DNA from: Azolla caroliniana
Taxonomy: Eukaryota; Plantae; Polypodiophyta
Assembly: GCA_043228905.1 (NCBI GenBank)
Contig: JBHGNT010000027.1
Coordinates: 429,058-493,057 of the forward strand
Length of the DNA: 64,000 nucleotides
Reading direction: 5' to 3'
Shown here: positions 60,617 to 64,000 of the stretch, piece by piece
Position numbering within the stretch: the first letter of the stretch is position 1
How the letters are laid out: every line of letters begins with the position of its first letter
Notes under the pieces: model-generated
Database searches by the model: none
Seen by the model: only the letters and a program-made list of their open reading frames with translations
Told to the model about the DNA's origin: nothing
Made by a program: the position numbers and the translations under genes

Positions 60617-60916
60617 GCAGTAGGAGTTGAACCTACCGAACACCGTACAAAATCTTAATGAGTGTTCTGCGATCGCCACTCAACCTGTGACTGCTTAAAA
60701 CCGAGACAAAAAGAAGCCCGCATAGATTATTATACAATAATCTTCGGACGTTTGTAAAATGCGGAAGAAGCGCGGAAAGAATTGGTCGAGTACTTGGACA
60801 GAGGATTCATTGTTTCGACGAAAACGTCTACCAAATGACCCTGCATCCTCTGTTTTTTCCTTTACGCTCTTGAGTTCTCTTTCCGTGCTGTGCGATACGA
60901 AGTTTGTACAATCCGC

Positions 60917-60954
<38 letters not shown>

Positions 60955-61239
60955 AAGGGCTTCGTCCTTCCTCCTTTCTTAGCGTCTCGTTTAACTAAAC
61001 ACTTTAGATTTCCCTGACAAGTTCCCTAGCTCTCTCGAGCGTAAGAGTTGAGGAACAGATTTTCCGATAATGCATGCCAGCCAGGGATTTACGCATCATT
61101 GGTATTGTGTGTTTACCGTTCTAATCTGTCTTCACATCCATAGCTTGCTTTTTTGCGTTGTCGTACGCCTTTTCATTGTTTCTGGCTGATATCAGATTCG
61201 CATCTGACCTTTAGGCAATCGCATATACGATTTGAAAGG

Positions 61240-61357
61240 GTCCGGGCTGTCGAACCACGTCTCCCGAAAATTATCAGTACATATGGCAGAAAACGCTTTT
61301 CACATATCGAGGTCGGAATGGGATCGGGTGTTTCACGTCTTACAAAGATGCCCGGAC
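61240..61357 (-). rRNA. rrn5: Mitochondrial 5S rRNA, copy 2
   Basis: Identical to 43167-43284. Confidence 0.93.
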
Positions 61358-61419
61358 GGAACGAAACGCTTGATTAATGAACAAAAGAGTGCTAACGACA
61401 AAAGCGGCGGGCGCCGAAC

Positions 61420-61456
<37 letters not shown>

Positions 61457-61908
61457 GGAAAGTGCAAATACAGCTGGTACTTAGCCTTCGATCGCTACCA
61501 ACCTCACAAGGATGTCATCAATTCGCAGGTGGTTATTAAGTAAAAAGTGTAATATAAATGGCTACCAAACCAAAGTTCTTCTTTTGAACTTTCAAGAAGG
61601 CCTGAATATTCATGGATTATTATACGATAATCTTTAATGCGGCTCAGATTGCGGAAAGAATTGAATGCTGGAATTTCGAAATTCCGTTGGTAAAATTCAG
61701 AAGGATCATGCAAGAAGGCAATATCATCTTCTGGCCATAATCTGCGAATCCAGCAAAGCAAAGCAAAGCAGCACTTTTCTTTTCACTTTAAACCGAGCCG
61801 GCGGCAATCTTGATGAATCACTGGCAAGAAGATGCTTTGCACTTTTCTTTCCACTTTAAAGCAGCAATCTTTTCACTCGGAAATGGCAAAAGAGCTTGGA
61901 AGAAGAAT

Positions 61909-61979
61909 AGGCTAGGGACGGAGTCGAACCGTCATTCCAGGATTTGCAGTCCAATACATTGCCATTATGTTACCCAGCC
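61909..61979 (-). tRNA. trnC: tRNA-Cys(GCA), copy 3
   Basis: Identical to 12160-12230. Confidence 0.93.
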
Positions 61980-62185
61980 AGCAGAACGTTTTTCCCGCTT
62001 AAATGAAGAGAGGCGGGACTCTCATTTAAGGGGGGTGACCTTAGGCCACCCTTTGAAATAATCTAAAGCCTTACAATCAATTTCTGCGATGCCATAAAAT
62101 GTGAACCAACGACAACGATTTTGGGCAAAATAAGAATTAGTGATTGAAAAAGACCCGCAGCTTGCTTGTGAAGCCGACCAGCGTA

Positions 62186-62371
62186 CTGCCAACACGACTT
62201 GTTTATGCCTATTAAAGAACCTTTTAATGCTAATTCACAGAAAACTATACGAAGCATACAAAATAACTAATATACGAAACGGAAGCGACCGATGGAAATA
62301 CGTCAGTTTCTTACTCATGTAAATAAACTATTTCTTAACAACGGCGACGACTTTTCCGGAGTCTTATTTCG
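62186..62371 (-). CDS. rps14: Ribosomal protein S14, exon 2, copy 2
   Basis: Identical to 12437-12622. Confidence 0.85.
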
Positions 62372-62717
62372 GTTTTGGTCGGCCAATCAGGTTAGGAGTT
62401 CCCTGCCTGACCGCCAATTCAGAACCGCTCGTGACAGTTTCCCGTCATACGGCTCCCCGCATCCCATCAGGTGAGGGTTCCGGAATACGAGCTCCCCTGC
62501 CCTCTTTTGATCGTGACGATGCCCATGCAGCCAGCAACTGCCGCAAATTGGCAGCTCATGCCTCCCGGACGACGACGTAGATGCGATCCATCTGTGATGT
62601 CCACAGGCGGCCGGCCGGCGGAAAGAACACCTACGCCGTGGTTGGAGTTCTACTTCCTTGTCGTCGCTTTAGCCCTATCGGCTAGCTAGGGCCATTGCTC
62701 AGTTTGTTTCCTCACGC

Positions 62718-62750
<33 letters not shown>

Positions 62751-63974
62751 ATAACTCCTAGACTCAAGTGAAAAACCGACCATCAGCGTATCTGATGAGA
62801 GAGGATTGAAACCTCGTATCTTCCCCATTTTCCCGCGTCTCGTGACTAATTCAAAAATTTCCTTGCATCAGCGTCGATTACGTACTCTGGCTTTCTTGTT
62901 GATAGATATGTGGATCACTCTGGTGGCGTCATGGCGGCGAGATCGACCCGAGCGAAAGTAGCTATTGGGTTCGAATCCCGCTTCTTTTCTTCCGCGGTTC
63001 GCCTTTAGGCCATGAGGGCGATCCGATCCCCAGTAGCAGGAGTCCTGAAAGGTCATGGAACTGGCCATACTTCCACTTTCACTCTCACTTTCGCTTTTGC
63101 TTCTACTTTCAGAGGTATGTATATTCAGCAAATCGGATCAGATTGTCTATCCATGACAGAGCGAGTGCTACTCGTAGTTCAGGGGCAAGGTATTTTACGT
63201 TGCTTACTTTCCTTTTGGCCAATCTGCGCTCTTTATCTTCGAATGTTGAAGCATATTGGCTGCTCCCTTTCCCTTAAAATTAGATGCGGGGACACTTTGG
63301 CACGTCCCGATAATTAATTACTACCGGGCCCTCGCTTATTGTCCCATCCTATCCCTGTTCACCGTACGGTTGGCTCTTCTGAGTGCGACCTCAGAGGTGT
63401 GCGGGGTTCTCCAGTTCCGGGATTCCATATTTCAAAGAACCAGGCCGTAAGGCTTCCGCTCTACGCCGGAGGCGCGCTCGAAGAACGGGAAAGGACAGAC
63501 AACCCCTTTCCCTCGGCCTCTGTCCCATATTTTGGACGCAGGAAGCAATCCTGCTTTCCTGTTTCGACGCTTCAAACGCTAGGATTGCGGTTGCCTGCTG
63601 TCCGGTTCAACTTAGGCTTAGCCTTCGGGGATGCAGTACCGCCACTCAGCACTCACCTAGACAATACCCAAAGTGTTTCATTCCCACCCTGTCTCCCAAC
63701 GAAAACAAAGAAGGGGCAGATATCGTCACGCGCGCCCTTGCTTGAGATTCAAAGTTCCCCACTTTCGCCGGGTTCTGAATCCCTTTCATGCCCAGCTTCA
63801 TGCCTTTGGATGCCATTCTCCCAGCACGTGGGCACGCTGTTACCCTGTTCCCGAGGGAGAAGGACTTTCACCTTCATGGAAACTCAGTTCACTAACTCCG
63901 CCATCCGAGCGCGAATGAATGCAAAATGAGTGCACAGACGCGACTCAACGTCTTAACCTGTGAACAGGTCACGC
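62372..63974 (-). other. Group II intron rps14i114g2, copy 2
   Basis: Identical to 12623-14225. Confidence 0.85.
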
Positions 63975-64000
63975 TACCCGACCAGAAAGATTTCTATCTT
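63975..64000 (-). CDS. rps14: Ribosomal protein S14, exon 1, copy 2 (cut by the window end)
   Basis: Identical to 14226-14251. Confidence 0.75.

Larger units (their letters stand above)
58395..62336 (+). repeat. Direct repeat R5, copy 2
   Basis: Matches 40322-44263. Confidence 0.95.

Overview
This is plant mitochondrial DNA, most likely from a fern (monilophyte). Three lines of evidence point there: the fern-type introns rps1i25g2, atp1i361g2 and cox1i395g1; a plastid-like trnS-GGA; and very heavy RNA editing in both directions. Nearly every gene carries in-frame TAA/TAG/TGA codons that need U-to-C editing, and several have ACG starts or CAA/CGA/CAG stops that need C-to-U editing, so the supplied ORF track misses almost all real genes. 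Protein genes: nad9, rps2 (x2), rps14 (one complete copy, one cut by the window end, one fragment), the cluster rps10-rpl2-rps19-rps3-rpl16, nad4L, cox1, rpl6-rps13-rps11, atp1 exon 1 only, rps1, cox3, rps4 and cox2. RNA genes: rrn18 (x2), rrn5 (x2), only the 5' segment of rrnL (x2), and 7 tRNA species. Overlapping direct repeats of 0.4-5 kb make up much of the window, consistent with a recombining multi-isoform genome, an assembly path through one, or a NUMT. The strongest leads are: (1) atp1i361g2 ends in domain IV with no domain V/VI or exon 2, a candidate trans-spliced group II intron; (2) rrnL is broken inside a group I intron in both copies, a candidate trans-spliced rRNA; (3) cox1 has no start codon at the normal position but sits in frame with a 94-codon leader interrupted only by editable stops, which is also in frame with cox3; (4) 5' modules are shuffled between genes (nad9 into rps2, cox1 into cox2, a recurrent AAC(T/A)GCCATG leader); (5) near fixed-length microsatellites and TTCAT/ATGAA palindromes have invaded introns and rRNA. 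Gene identities come from recognising protein and RNA motifs by eye; no searches were run, and all edit sites are predictions.
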